Position numbers and translations under genes: made by a program
Notes under the pieces: generated by a model
What the model was told of the DNA's origin: nothing
What the model saw: only the letters and a program-made list of their open reading frames with translations
Databases searched by the model: none
Part shown: one piece after another, positions 8,870 through 18,433 of the stretch
Layout: each line of letters begins with the position of its first letter
Numbering within the stretch: position 1 is the first letter of the stretch
Source of the DNA: Myxococcales bacterium
Lineage (GTDB): Bacteria; Myxococcota_A; UBA9042; JABWCM01; BTVJ01
Length of the DNA: 33,020 nucleotides
Assembly (NCBI GenBank): GCA_045863395.1
Contig: BTVJ01000085.1
Location: forward strand, 1 to 33,020
Reading direction: 5' to 3'

Positions 8870-11074
8870 ATGAAGGCTCTGACTGGTCGCCGGGGCATTG
8901 CCCGGCAGTTCGCATGGGCAGTGGCCCTCACCGGGGCGCTCACGGTCGTCGCCTGTGGCGACACATCGGGGGAGGACGGCTCAGGTAAGGGCGGAAAGGG
9001 CCCGGGTGGTAACATCCTGCTGGTTCCGCAGATCGAGCTCGACCCGACCAAGTTCCCGGTGGTCGTGAGCCAGACCATCGGCGCTGGTCAGGAGAGCGAG
9101 CACGTCGTGCGCATCATCAACACGGGCGACGCGACGCTGAAGGTCTCTTCGCTGGCCTTCGCATATGCGGCTGACGCCGGTGAGACCGTGCCTGCCTTCC
9201 GCCTCGACGCGGTGAGAGGCAAGTGCTCGGCCGAGGCGAACTGCGCACCCAAGTCATGGTCGCCCTCCACGGACACGCTCCCCACCCTCGAGGTGCGGTC
9301 GGTTCGCCAGGGCAGCGGCGTGGCCGCCTTCGACTCGGTGGAGGTCGTCGTCGTCTTCCACCACCCGGGTGACTCGAAGCCTCGCAACGCCCAGCTCACC
9401 ATCTCATCCAACGCGGACGGCGCGACCACCAAGATCGCCACCTTTGCGACCCAGACGGGCGCTGCGCGCATCGCCGTCACACCAAAGGAGGTGGACTTCA
9501 AGCAGGTCAAGTCGGAGCAGACCGCCGAGAAGCTCATCCAGATCAGCAACGTCGGCAGCGACGCGCTGCTGGTGCACAAGATGGAGTTCACGGGCAGCAA
9601 CTACTACTCCATCGAAGTGGACGACGACAACGACGCCACGACCGCCGCCAAGGTGTTCTCCGTGGCCGACGACGTCTCGTTCGACCCGCCGGTCCGCATC
9701 GACCAGGGGAAGGTCAACACCATCAAGGTGAAGTTTGCACCGCTCACCTCCGACGCGGCGACGGCGAGCCTCGTGGTGTTCAGCAACGACAGCACCGTCC
9801 CCGCGGGCGTCGAGGTGCTGATCAAGGGCAACCACGAGGGCTCGTGCCTGAAGGTCAACCCGAAGATCGTGAACTTCGGTGCCAAGGGCGTCGGCCTCCT
9901 CGCCACCCTCCCGGTCGAGCTCGTGAGCTGCGGCACCTCTCCGGTGGAGATCTACGGGATCGGCTTCGACCCCGAGCGCACCAGCCCTGACTTCGTGCTG
10001 GACCTCACCACCTTGCCGGGCCTGGAGGCGGGCGGCGAGGTGAGCGAGCAGACCCCGATCATCATTCCTATCAACGAGAAGGTGGAGTTCAACGTCCGCT
10101 TCGTGCCCGACGTGGAGAACCCGAAGGACGAGGCGGGGCAGCCCATCCCCGACCTGGGCTACATCATGGTCGCAAACAACTCCTTCGACGACGAGCTGGA
10201 GGTGGAGGTGCGCGGCGTAGGGGTGGACATCACCTGCCCGCAGGCGATCATCTCCATCGACGAGGGCTCCGAGGTCATCCCGCAGACGGTGCTCCACCTC
10301 AAGGGCCACGAGAGCTTCGCGCCCAGCGGGACCATCGCCAAGTGGGAGTGGACGGTCCAGCAGCCCATCGGAAGCGTGTCGCTGTTCGTGCCGTCGGCGA
10401 CCTTCCCGAACCCGACCTTCGAGGCCAACGTCGCGGGGTCGTACCTCTTCAAGCTGACCGTGTGGGACGAGAACGGCAACCCGAGCTGCATCCCCGCCGA
10501 GGCGGAGGTGGTGGTCATCCCCGACGAGGCCATCCACGTGGAGCTGCTGTGGAACACGCCCAACGACCCCGACCAGACCGACGAGGGCCCCGAGGCTGGC
10601 GCGGACGTCGACCTCCACTTCCTGCACCCGTATGCCTCCGGGCCCGACCTGGACGGCGACGGCAAGCCGGACGGCTGGTTCGACCAGCCCTTCGACTGCT
10701 TCTGGTTCAACCCCCACCCGAACTGGGGCAGCTTCGACCCGGCGGTGGACGACGATCCCAGCCTCGACCGTGACGACACGGATGGCGCGGGTCCCGAGAA
10801 CCTGAACCTGAACATCCCGGAGAACGAGAAGAAGTACCTGGTCGGCGTCCACTACTGGCACGACCACAAGTACGGGCCGTCGTACGTGACCATTCGCGTG
10901 TACATCTACGCGATGCTGGTCTTCGAGCTGACCGACGTGAAGCTCCTCAACCACGATATGTGGGAGGTGGCGACCATCGCGTGGCCGTCGGGCGAGGTGA
11001 CCTTGATCACCGACAAGAACGGCAACTACAAGATCACACCCAACTACGAGAACCCGTTCTTCTTCCAGCCCTGA
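8870..11074 (+). CDS. Lipoprotein with ~3 ASH/choice-of-anchor-D-type Ig repeats, a PKD-like domain and a C-terminal YfaP/DUF2135-like domain, 734 aa
   Basis: ATG 8870 gives signal peptide and lipobox VVA-C; repeats of type I.V.P..V.F...I.N.G...L; PKD-like WEWTVQQP...PTFEANVAGSYLFKLTV; C-terminal VELLW..DVDLH..LDRDDTDGAGPEN; DLDGDG Ca-binding-like loop. Confidence 0.8.
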   Translation: MKALTGRRGIARQFAWAVALTGALTVVACGDTSGEDGSGKGGKGPGGNILLVPQIELDPTKFPVVVSQTIGAGQESEHVVRIINTGDATLKVSSLAFAYAADAGETVPAFRLDAVRGKCSAEANCAPKSWSPSTDTLPTLEVRSVRQGSGVAAFDSVEVVVVFHHPGDSKPRNAQLTISSNADGATTKIATFATQTGAARIAVTPKEVDFKQVKSEQTAEKLIQISNVGSDALLVHKMEFTGSNYYSIEVDDDNDATTAAKVFSVADDVSFDPPVRIDQGKVNTIKVKFAPLTSDAATASLVVFSNDSTVPAGVEVLIKGNHEGSCLKVNPKIVNFGAKGVGLLATLPVELVSCGTSPVEIYGIGFDPERTSPDFVLDLTTLPGLEAGGEVSEQTPIIIPINEKVEFNVRFVPDVENPKDEAGQPIPDLGYIMVANNSFDDELEVEVRGVGVDITCPQAIISIDEGSEVIPQTVLHLKGHESFAPSGTIAKWEWTVQQPIGSVSLFVPSATFPNPTFEANVAGSYLFKLTVWDENGNPSCIPAEAEVVVIPDEAIHVELLWNTPNDPDQTDEGPEAGADVDLHFLHPYASGPDLDGDGKPDGWFDQPFDCFWFNPHPNWGSFDPAVDDDPSLDRDDTDGAGPENLNLNIPENEKKYLVGVHYWHDHKYGPSYVTIRVYIYAMLVFELTDVKLLNHDMWEVATIAWPSGEVTLITDKNGNYKITPNYENPFFFQP

Positions 11075-11259
11075 TGTCCGCCGGCGGCCGCTCGGGCCGC
11101 CCCCGCATCACCAGTCGCGGGCTCCGATTGCCGGCCTGCTCGCGCCTCCCCCCAAGCATCACACCCTCGTCACCCAACAGCCCGCTTCGCTCTTTTCCTG
11201 AGCGCACGACCGTGTATCATCTTGCGGACGCTCGACTCGAACCATGACGGAGACCACAC

Positions 11260-14200
11260 ATGAAGACGCCCGCCTCGAGGACGACATGGGGAGGCCTCGC
11301 GCTCGCCTGCCTGCTGGCCATCGCCGGGGGGTGCTCCGACCAGGAGGGAGCGGGGGGGGCTGAGGGCGCAGGCGGCGAGGGCTCGAAGGACCCGTTCGGT
11401 GGTGGGGGCGGCGACGACAAGCTGGGCCTGCTCGACAACGCCACCATCGAGGTGTCTCCCAAGGCGCTCAGCTTCAGCGGACAGTTTGCGACCGAGACGA
11501 AGAAGGTCACGGTCACGAACAGCGGTGACAAGGGGGGGCTCACACTGAAGTCCGTGAGGCTGTCCGACACGACCAGCCCGTCCTTCTCCTTGACCCAGCC
11601 CGAGCGCATGGCCCTCGGTCCCCTGGACGGGACCGAGTTCACCGTGACCTACACCAAGTCCCTGACGGGCAACGACACGGGCGCAGTGATCATCGAGCAC
11701 GATGGGAAGGGCGCCGGACCTGTCACCGTGCCGCTGAAGACCGACTCCACGGGCGGCGCCATGAAGGTCTCGCCGTCCCTCGTGAAGTTCAACGACGTGC
11801 CCATCTCCAGCTCGGCGACGAAGTCCGTGTCCGTCACCAACGTCGGCTCCGCCCCGTTCCAGGTCACCGGGATCGCCATGGTGGAGGGCACGAGCGCCCC
11901 CGACTTCACCGTGGCCCCCAAGGCGACCCTCCCCGTGGTGCTGGCCGCATCGGCGACCCACATCTTCGAGGTGACCTACACGCCGGACGGGGAGGGCGAC
12001 GACGTGGGACAGGTGCGCATCTCCACGGATCTGTCGAGCCAGTCAGAGGAGGTGGTCCCGGTGACGGGCAACGTGACAGGCCCCAAGCTGGTTGTCGTGC
12101 CCGGCATCGTGAACTTCGGCGTCATCCCGATCGGCACGAGCAAGCCCATCGAGGTGACCCTGCAGAACGTCGGGAGCGCGGACCTGACGCTCGATAGCGT
12201 GTCCATCACCTTCGGCACCAGCCCCTTCGTCACCGTGCAGGGCGTCCCGACCGCTCCGGTGGTCCTCGCGCCCGCCGAGTCGACGAGCTTCGAGGCGATC
12301 TTCGCGCCCACCGAGGCCTTCCCCTACACGCTCGATCCCCTCGGAGGCATCTCGGTCGTGAGCAACGATCCGGGCACGCCGCAGCTCGTGGCGCCGGTGT
12401 TCGGCAACGTGGGGGCGCCGTCCATCCAGGTCAACCCTGTCTACGTGGACTTCGGGCTCGTCGCCAAGGACGACATCGTGTTCCGCGAGGTGAGCATCCT
12501 CAACGCGGGCAAGCACGTGCTGGACGTGAGCTCCATCGCCTTCCAGTCGGACAGCAACGGTGAGTTCAAGCTGGTGGACTACGACATCGCCGGGTGGTCG
12601 ACCCCCGGCGTCCTCCAGGAGGACGAGCGGGTGATCATGCGCTTGTCTTTCACCAACACCACCCTCAGCACGGCCGACGCCAGCGGGCTCATCGTCATCG
12701 AGAGCACGGACCCGCAGCAGCCCAAGATCAACGTGGAGCTGACCGCCAAGCGCGCGGGCCAGAAGGAGTGCAAGCCCGAGATCATCCCCGCGGCCCTCAA
12801 CTACGGCATCGTGCCCTACGGCAACACCAAGACCATGCCGGTGACCATCAAGAACAACGGGTCCGGGCCGTGCTCGTTCAAGAAGGCCAAGACCTTCAAC
12901 TGCGGGACGGGCTTCTTTGGCCTTCCAGGAGCGTGCACCGACGGCATCGGCGGACAGGCGAGCAACTTCAAGATCGTCGGCCAGCCTCCGGCCATCCCCG
13001 CGGGCATCCCTCAAGGGGGCAAGGTGACGGTCCAGGTCATGTTCGTGCCCCCGTCGGATGCGCCGCTCATCGAGTTCTTCAACACCTACAGCGGCGCCTT
13101 CCAGGTCGAGGTGACCGACCCGAGCAACGGCGATGCCCTCATCCAGATGCCCGCCGCCGCGCAGCCGAGCGCGCTGCCCGTCAACCTCCAGGCGCAGAGC
13201 GGCATCTCCGACATCAGCGTCATCCCCTCGCAGGTGGACTTCGGCCTGGTCACCATCGGGTGTACGTCGGAGGAGACGCGGGTGACCATCTACAACAATG
13301 GCAACGCGCCGCTGGTCATCACGGACCTGGTGCTCGAGGGCTGCACGCCCGAGTTCAAGATCACGCAGATGCCGCCCATCCCGCCTGGCGGCCTGGAGGT
13401 GTGGCAGAACAACCCCGTCGACGTCTGGGTGCTCTACACTCCCCAGCAGAAGGGCAAGTCGTATTGCACCCTCGCCGTCGTGTCCGACGACTCGGATCAG
13501 TCTCTGCTGACGGTCCCGCTCCAGGGAGAGGGCACCTACGAGTCCGAGTGGACGGACGTGTTCACCCAGCTCTCGGGCAAGCAGGTGGACGTGCTCTTCG
13601 TGGTGGACAATTCGGGGTCCATGGGTGACGAGCAGAAGAACCTGTCGGACAACTTCGGGTCCTTCATCCAGGAGGCGAAGACCTGGAACACGGACTTCCA
13701 CCTGGGGGTCATCACGACGGACGCCCAAGGCAAGGACCACGCGGGCAAGCTCCAGGGCAACCCGCGGATCATCACCCCGGCAACGGCGGACACGTTCAAG
13801 CAGACGGTCAAGGTCGGCACCAATGGCAACGGCACGGAGCAGGGGCTCGAGGCGGCGCACCTGGCGCTGAGCCTGCCGCTCGCCTACACCTCGAACAAGT
13901 CCTGCGGGGCGGACGCGGACTGCACGGCGCCGTCCACCTGCGTGCAGGGGCTGTGCGGGGGGTGGAACGGCGGGTTCCTGCGCTCGGACGCGACCTTGGA
14001 GGTCGTGTTCGTGAGTGATGAGGAGGACCAGTCGCCGGCGCCGCTGACCTTCTACATCGACTTCCTGAAGAGCATCAAGGGCTTCGCCAACGAGAGCCTG
14101 ATGCACGCCCACGCGATCGTCGGCCCGGAGCCGAAGGGCTGCGGCGGCGATCCAAACGACGCCAACGCAGGAGCAGACGCGGGCAAGCGCTACATCGAGG

Positions 14201-14490
14201 TGGCCAACCAGACGGGAGGCAAGGTTGGGAGCATCTGCGACAAGAGCTTCTCGGCCGTGCTGTCAGGCATCGGATCGGTCGCCTTCGGGCTGAAGCAGCA
14301 GTTCTTCCTCACGGCGAAGGCCGACCCGCCGACCGTCAAGGTCTGGGTGAGCGGCGTTGCCTGCAACAGCGGCTGGAAGTTCGACCCGCCCTCGAACAGC
14401 GTGATCTTCGACCTCAACGGAGCGTGCATGCCCCAGGAGGGCGAAGAGGTGAAGATCTACTACAAGATGCTGTGCCTCCACGAAGGCTGA
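11260..14490 (+). CDS. Lipoprotein with six Ig-like (ASH-type) repeats and a C-terminal VWA domain, 1076 aa
   Basis: GGAG RBS; signal ending AGG-C; six repeats starting IEVSPKALSF, MKVSPSLVKF, LVVVPGIVNFG, IQVNPVYVDFG, PEIIPAALNYG, ISVIPSQVDFG; VWA motifs VDVLFVVDNSGSMGDEQ, EQGLEAA, VVFVSDEEDQS. Confidence 0.85.
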   Translation: MKTPASRTTWGGLALACLLAIAGGCSDQEGAGGAEGAGGEGSKDPFGGGGGDDKLGLLDNATIEVSPKALSFSGQFATETKKVTVTNSGDKGGLTLKSVRLSDTTSPSFSLTQPERMALGPLDGTEFTVTYTKSLTGNDTGAVIIEHDGKGAGPVTVPLKTDSTGGAMKVSPSLVKFNDVPISSSATKSVSVTNVGSAPFQVTGIAMVEGTSAPDFTVAPKATLPVVLAASATHIFEVTYTPDGEGDDVGQVRISTDLSSQSEEVVPVTGNVTGPKLVVVPGIVNFGVIPIGTSKPIEVTLQNVGSADLTLDSVSITFGTSPFVTVQGVPTAPVVLAPAESTSFEAIFAPTEAFPYTLDPLGGISVVSNDPGTPQLVAPVFGNVGAPSIQVNPVYVDFGLVAKDDIVFREVSILNAGKHVLDVSSIAFQSDSNGEFKLVDYDIAGWSTPGVLQEDERVIMRLSFTNTTLSTADASGLIVIESTDPQQPKINVELTAKRAGQKECKPEIIPAALNYGIVPYGNTKTMPVTIKNNGSGPCSFKKAKTFNCGTGFFGLPGACTDGIGGQASNFKIVGQPPAIPAGIPQGGKVTVQVMFVPPSDAPLIEFFNTYSGAFQVEVTDPSNGDALIQMPAAAQPSALPVNLQAQSGISDISVIPSQVDFGLVTIGCTSEETRVTIYNNGNAPLVITDLVLEGCTPEFKITQMPPIPPGGLEVWQNNPVDVWVLYTPQQKGKSYCTLAVVSDDSDQSLLTVPLQGEGTYESEWTDVFTQLSGKQVDVLFVVDNSGSMGDEQKNLSDNFGSFIQEAKTWNTDFHLGVITTDAQGKDHAGKLQGNPRIITPATADTFKQTVKVGTNGNGTEQGLEAAHLALSLPLAYTSNKSCGADADCTAPSTCVQGLCGGWNGGFLRSDATLEVVFVSDEEDQSPAPLTFYIDFLKSIKGFANESLMHAHAIVGPEPKGCGGDPNDANAGADAGKRYIEVANQTGGKVGSICDKSFSAVLSGIGSVAFGLKQQFFLTAKADPPTVKVWVSGVACNSGWKFDPPSNSVIFDLNGACMPQEGEEVKIYYKMLCLHEG

Positions 14491-14504
14491 GAAGCTCCCG
14501 TCCG

Positions 14505-14534
14505 TTGCGCCTGCCGCCGCGCGTCTGGTATGTT
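14505..14534 (+). promoter_or_regulatory. Candidate sigma70-type promoter
   Basis: TTGCGC-18 nt-TATGTT with extended -10 TGn, upstream of ATG 14600. Confidence 0.45.
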
Positions 14535-14599
14535 TCCCGCCGCTTTGGGGGCACCTGCGCAGTGTGCCCCAATTCGTGTCGACCCGATGGAGGAACGAG

Positions 14600-16708
14600 A
14601 TGCGCTGGATGCCGAGTCGCCTGCTGATCCTGGCAGGGGTGGCCGTGGTCGCGATGTTGAGCGGCTGCAAGGGTACGGGGAGCGTGCGGAAGGTCGCGTC
14701 CGTGTCCATCAGCTTCCAGGTGCCTCCCGATGGTCCGACCGAGTCGTACTCCAAAGGCAAAGAGTTCGCCCTCGCCAGCGCCAGCTCCCAGAAGCCGTCG
14801 GAGCTCGACGTGAGGATCTTCAACATCGGCGAGGCCGACATGAAGATCCTCAACGTCTACCTGGCCGCTGGCTCCAACAAGTACGTTGAGCTGATCTGGC
14901 CCGAGACCGACCCCTCGGGGGAGGCAAAGTACTCGACGCTGGAGGCGGTGCGCTCCTGCCCGCCTGATCGCTCGGTCGTTGGCGACCCCGCGCTGCTCCC
15001 CGATGCCCGCGACCCGAACCCCGGCGACTGCATCTTCCCGTTCCTGCTCAAGGGGAGCGAGGGCACGCAGCTCTTCGAGTCGCGCAAGGTCCGCCTCCGG
15101 TACAAGTTCGACAGCGTCACCCAGGAGCCGGATACGGCGCCCGTCGAGCTCGTCATCCACATCGACAACCGGGAGGACAAGCTCACGGAGGACGGGGTGA
15201 TCAAGGTGTCGATCAAGGTCAACGCATGCACGGGCAAGCTGCTCAAGAGCACGCCTGGCTTGACCTTCACCGCTGCCAAGCCAAACAACCCCGAGACCCT
15301 GGAGGTGTGCCTGTTCAACGAGGGGTGCGCCGACCTGGTCATCAAGGGCGTTGCGCTCGAGAAGCCGTCTGGCGAGTTCACGCTGCTCGATGCGCAGACC
15401 GTCATCGGGGCGACCATCTCGCCCAACACGCTCACGCCGGGCGACAACAACTGCTTCGACGTGCGCTACCTGCCGCAGGACGCCACGTCGGACACCAACC
15501 GTGTCGTCATCGAGTCGTCGGATCCGTCGCAGCCAACGGCGTTCATCAACCTCACGTCGGGCGACTGCGCCTACGATTACGAGCTGTCCCACTCGGACGA
15601 CGTGGAGAGTGGTCTGGGACCGCTCGACTTCACGACGGTGTCCTTCCCCGACACGGGCAAGAAGATCATCAACCTCCGTAACACCGGTGACTGCCCGCTC
15701 AAGCTCAACGAGCTTGCACTTCAGCCCGTGGACGAGACCCTGTCGAAGGGAGGCACCCTGTGTGCAGAGGTCAAGAAGGCCGGCGCCTCTGCGGGGGGAA
15801 TTGGCGGGTGCCCCGGGGTTGGTGCCTTCGCGCCAGTCATCCTCGGTCAGAAAGACCAGACGCTGGATGTGGAGATCAACTACGTGCCGCGCGAGGACAA
15901 CGCGGGCTCCGGCGGTTCGGTGAAGCTGGTATTGTTCGCACAGGGCAACGAGATCCCGGCGGTGGAGCTGCCCATCCTGGCGGGGGAGCCCAAGGCGAAG
16001 ATCGCCATCGGGCCCTCGCAGGCAGGGGGTAGCATCGGGCAGCTCACGTGGTACGCCCAGGTCGGCGAGGTGAAGTGCACGACGGCCGCTATCTACAACT
16101 ATGGCTACAAGGCGCTGCAGGTGGTCGACGTCACGCTGGAGAAGGGCTTCGGGCAGCCAGTCACGGACTTCTACTTCAAGGAGGCTGCCGGCGTGTTCGA
16201 CGGGGCCGGGGCCTTCAAGGCCCAGTCACTCGGTGCCCAGGGCTTGATCCCCATCACGGTGTGCTTCGCCCCACAGCCCACCAGCAGCTTCAACCCGAAG
16301 GCCTTCGTGCGTATCTATACGGACAACCCCGACGTGCCCCCCGCGACCGCTGAGGTCAGCTTCAGCCTGGCGGGTTTCGTCGGGGTCAACAAGAAGCTGC
16401 CTGAGGTGAATCCTGGAACTACGGCCGAGTACGCCGGGTACAGCGCTCCCGATACGGTGACCTTGGTGGCGTCCTCCACCGACGGCGAGTACCCGGTCGC
16501 CGCGCAGGGCTACATCTGGTGGCTGGCAGGCAAGCCGGAGGGCAGCGCCGCCAAGCTGAACGCCGTGGGGGTCGGGCCCACCCAGACCTTCGTCGCGGAC
16601 CGTGCGGGGACCTACCGGGTGTTCGTGCAGGTGTTCGCGGTGGGTACAGGGGCTGACAAGGACGTCCTGTATAGCGACGCGGTCAGCGTGGACGTCGTCG
16701 TCGACTAG
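14600..16708 (+). CDS. Lipoprotein with ~4 Ig-like repeats and a C-terminal PKD-like domain, 702 aa
   Basis: ATG 14600 with GGAGGA RBS; lipobox LSG-C; repeats IFNIGEADMKI, LFNEGCADLVI, LRNTGDCPLKL, IYNYGYKALQV; terminal YIWWLAGKPEGS...TFVADRAGTYRVFVQV. Confidence 0.8.
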   Translation: MRWMPSRLLILAGVAVVAMLSGCKGTGSVRKVASVSISFQVPPDGPTESYSKGKEFALASASSQKPSELDVRIFNIGEADMKILNVYLAAGSNKYVELIWPETDPSGEAKYSTLEAVRSCPPDRSVVGDPALLPDARDPNPGDCIFPFLLKGSEGTQLFESRKVRLRYKFDSVTQEPDTAPVELVIHIDNREDKLTEDGVIKVSIKVNACTGKLLKSTPGLTFTAAKPNNPETLEVCLFNEGCADLVIKGVALEKPSGEFTLLDAQTVIGATISPNTLTPGDNNCFDVRYLPQDATSDTNRVVIESSDPSQPTAFINLTSGDCAYDYELSHSDDVESGLGPLDFTTVSFPDTGKKIINLRNTGDCPLKLNELALQPVDETLSKGGTLCAEVKKAGASAGGIGGCPGVGAFAPVILGQKDQTLDVEINYVPREDNAGSGGSVKLVLFAQGNEIPAVELPILAGEPKAKIAIGPSQAGGSIGQLTWYAQVGEVKCTTAAIYNYGYKALQVVDVTLEKGFGQPVTDFYFKEAAGVFDGAGAFKAQSLGAQGLIPITVCFAPQPTSSFNPKAFVRIYTDNPDVPPATAEVSFSLAGFVGVNKKLPEVNPGTTAEYAGYSAPDTVTLVASSTDGEYPVAAQGYIWWLAGKPEGSAAKLNAVGVGPTQTFVADRAGTYRVFVQVFAVGTGADKDVLYSDAVSVDVVVD

Positions 16709-16739
16709 CCTCGCCCTCATTGCAAGGATCCCAAAGCAG

Positions 16740-17474
16740 ATGACCGACGACGCCCGTGCGGAGCTCTGGGTTCCCGTGCTGTTCAAGGGGCAGCGCGTCT
16801 TCGCACGGGCGGACGCCCAGGGGAGGCCCGCCGTGCGGGGCGGGATGGTGGACATCCGTTACCGGGTGGACGCACCGAAGGTCTATCGCGGCGCGGCCCG
16901 CAACCTGGAGGCTCTGGGCGCGGCAGAGGCGGCGGTGGTCATGGCGCCACCGGTGGAGTCGCCCCCGGCAAGAGGGCTCGGGGTTGGTGCGAAGTCGCTG
17001 AAGGCACGTAAGGCAGGGGACCACAGCGTAGCCCCCCCGCGGGGCGGGGCGGCCGTGGCCTACACAGACGGCGCGTGCTCGGGCAACCCGGGCCCCGCCG
17101 GTTTTGGCGTCGTCATTGATCGTCCGGAGGCACGTACCGAGCTCAGCGTCTTCCTTGGGCGCGCCACCAACAACATCGCCGAGCTCTCGGCCATCGAGGA
17201 GGCTCTCCTGGTGTTGCGGGACTGGCGGGGGCCCATCGACGTCTACACGGACAGCAACTACGCCATCGGAGTGCTCACCAAGGCATGGAAACCCAAGGCC
17301 AACCAGGACCTGATCGCCGGAATCAAGGAGCTACTCCCGACGGGGCGTGACGTGCGATTCGTCTGGGTTCCGGGCCACGCGGGAGTCGAGCTCAACGAGC
17401 GGGCAGACGAGCTGGCGCGGCTCGCCATCGAAGCGCAGAAGGACAGCCGCGTGGATACGCCCAAGAGCGGCTGA
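16740..17474 (+). CDS. rnhA: Ribonuclease HI with an N-terminal extra domain, ~244 aa
   Basis: Catalytic motifs YTDGACSGNPG, TNNIAEL, YTDSNY, WVPGHAGVELNERADELA. Start taken as ATG 16740, just after the upstream stop at 16708. Confidence 0.9.
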   Translation: MTDDARAELWVPVLFKGQRVFARADAQGRPAVRGGMVDIRYRVDAPKVYRGAARNLEALGAAEAAVVMAPPVESPPARGLGVGAKSLKARKAGDHSVAPPRGGAAVAYTDGACSGNPGPAGFGVVIDRPEARTELSVFLGRATNNIAELSAIEEALLVLRDWRGPIDVYTDSNYAIGVLTKAWKPKANQDLIAGIKELLPTGRDVRFVWVPGHAGVELNERADELARLAIEAQKDSRVDTPKSG

Positions 17475-17481
17475 GGTGCTC

Positions 17482-18162
17482 TTACATGCGCCGGTAGACT
17501 CCGACGACGATCCCGAGGATGCTCGTCTCCCGAAAGTCCCTGCGGTGCACGTAGATAGGCGCCATCTCGGGGTTCGATGGCTGAAAGCGCACACGGTCCG
17601 GCTCCGGGTAGTACCGCTTGACGGTCGCCTCGTCGTCGATGAGCGCGACCACGATGTCTCCCGGGCTCGCGTGGAGCTGCTTGCGCACGAAGATGTAGTC
17701 GCCGTCGAAGATGCCGTCTCCGATCATGCTCTGACCCACCACCCGCAGGGCGAACACCTGCTTGTGGGCGTTGTTTCCCAGGAAGAAGCTGTCAACGTGG
17801 ACCCGGTCCTCGATGTGCTCCTGCGCAAGGATCGGCAGGCCAGCGGCGATGCGCCCGAGCAGTGGGACCTCCACCAGGTTGCCGGACAGCTCGTCGGCGG
17901 GCCGCAGCGCCCGAGACTTGAGCTCGTCGCGCACCAGGTAGCCCTTCCGGCTGAGCGCTTTGAGGTGGTCGTTGACCCCGTTGGTCGAGCGGATGCCCAT
18001 GTGAGCTCCGATCTCCCGGATGGTCGGTGGATAACCCCGGTGCTCGATGGAGTCGCAGATGAACTGGAGGCAGAGTTCCTGGCGCTCGGTCAGCTTGGGG
18101 CGAGCATCGTCGCCATCGCTCCGCTCCGGTCGGTGGGGATCTGAGCTCCGATCAGCGGTCAT
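17482..18162 (-). CDS. lexA: LexA SOS repressor, ~226 aa
   Basis: N-terminal w[36 protein letters not shown]; Ala-Gly cleavage site IAAGLP; catalytic Ser (GQSMIG) and Lys (TVKRY). Confidence 0.95.
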   Translation of the reverse strand: MTADRSSDPHRPERSDGDDARPKLTERQELCLQFICDSIEHRGYPPTIREIGAHMGIRSTNGVNDHLKALSRKGYLVRDELKSRALRPADELSGNLVEVPLLGRIAAGLPILAQEHIEDRVHVDSFFLGNNAHKQVFALRVVGQSMIGDGIFDGDYIFVRKQLHASPGDIVVALIDDEATVKRYYPEPDRVRFQPSNPEMAPIYVHRRDFRETSILGIVVGVYRRM

Positions 18163-18186
18163 GACGGCTCTCCTCTGTGACGATGC

Positions 18187-18273
18187 CTGCACACGTGAGC
18201 ATCTGAACGGTTGTTCCCTCTTGGGCCCTTTCGAGATTACTGAACCGGCGTGCAGACGTCAACAAATGTTCGG
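18187..18273 (-). promoter_or_regulatory. lexA promoter with multiple LexA operators
   Basis: Minus strand TTGACG (18262-18257)-17 nt-TAATCT (18239-18234). Operator-like 16-mers on + strand: CTGAACGGTTGTTCCC (18203-18218), CTGAACCGGCGTGCAG (18240-18255, fills the spacer), GTCAACAAATGTTCGG (18258-18273, overlaps -35) and a weaker CTGCACACGTGAGCAT (18187-18202). They resemble the Myxococcus xanthus LexA box CTRHAMRYBYGTTCAGS as I recall it. Confidence 0.75.
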
Positions 18274-18433
18274 TGGCAATTCGCTCTTGGGGAGCCTGTG
18301 CGAGGTGCGCCCTGACAGGCGCCTTGGCGCGCCGGGGCCTGCCGGGGTACGAGGTCTGCACCCTGTGGGAGGCGCCGACGTTGCCCGCTCAGGACGCGGT
18401 GATTGGCCGTGGACTGGTGTGCGGTGTCTGCGG

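Noticed and set aside
16740..17474. RNase H as part of a retroelement, transposase or defence system
   Set aside because: Motifs are those of cellular RNase HI; no reverse transcriptase, terminal repeats or defence genes are adjacent.
17482..18162. lexA as a prophage CI-like repressor
   Set aside because: It has the LexA-type winged-helix N-terminus and SOS-box-like operators, with no phage or integrase genes nearby.
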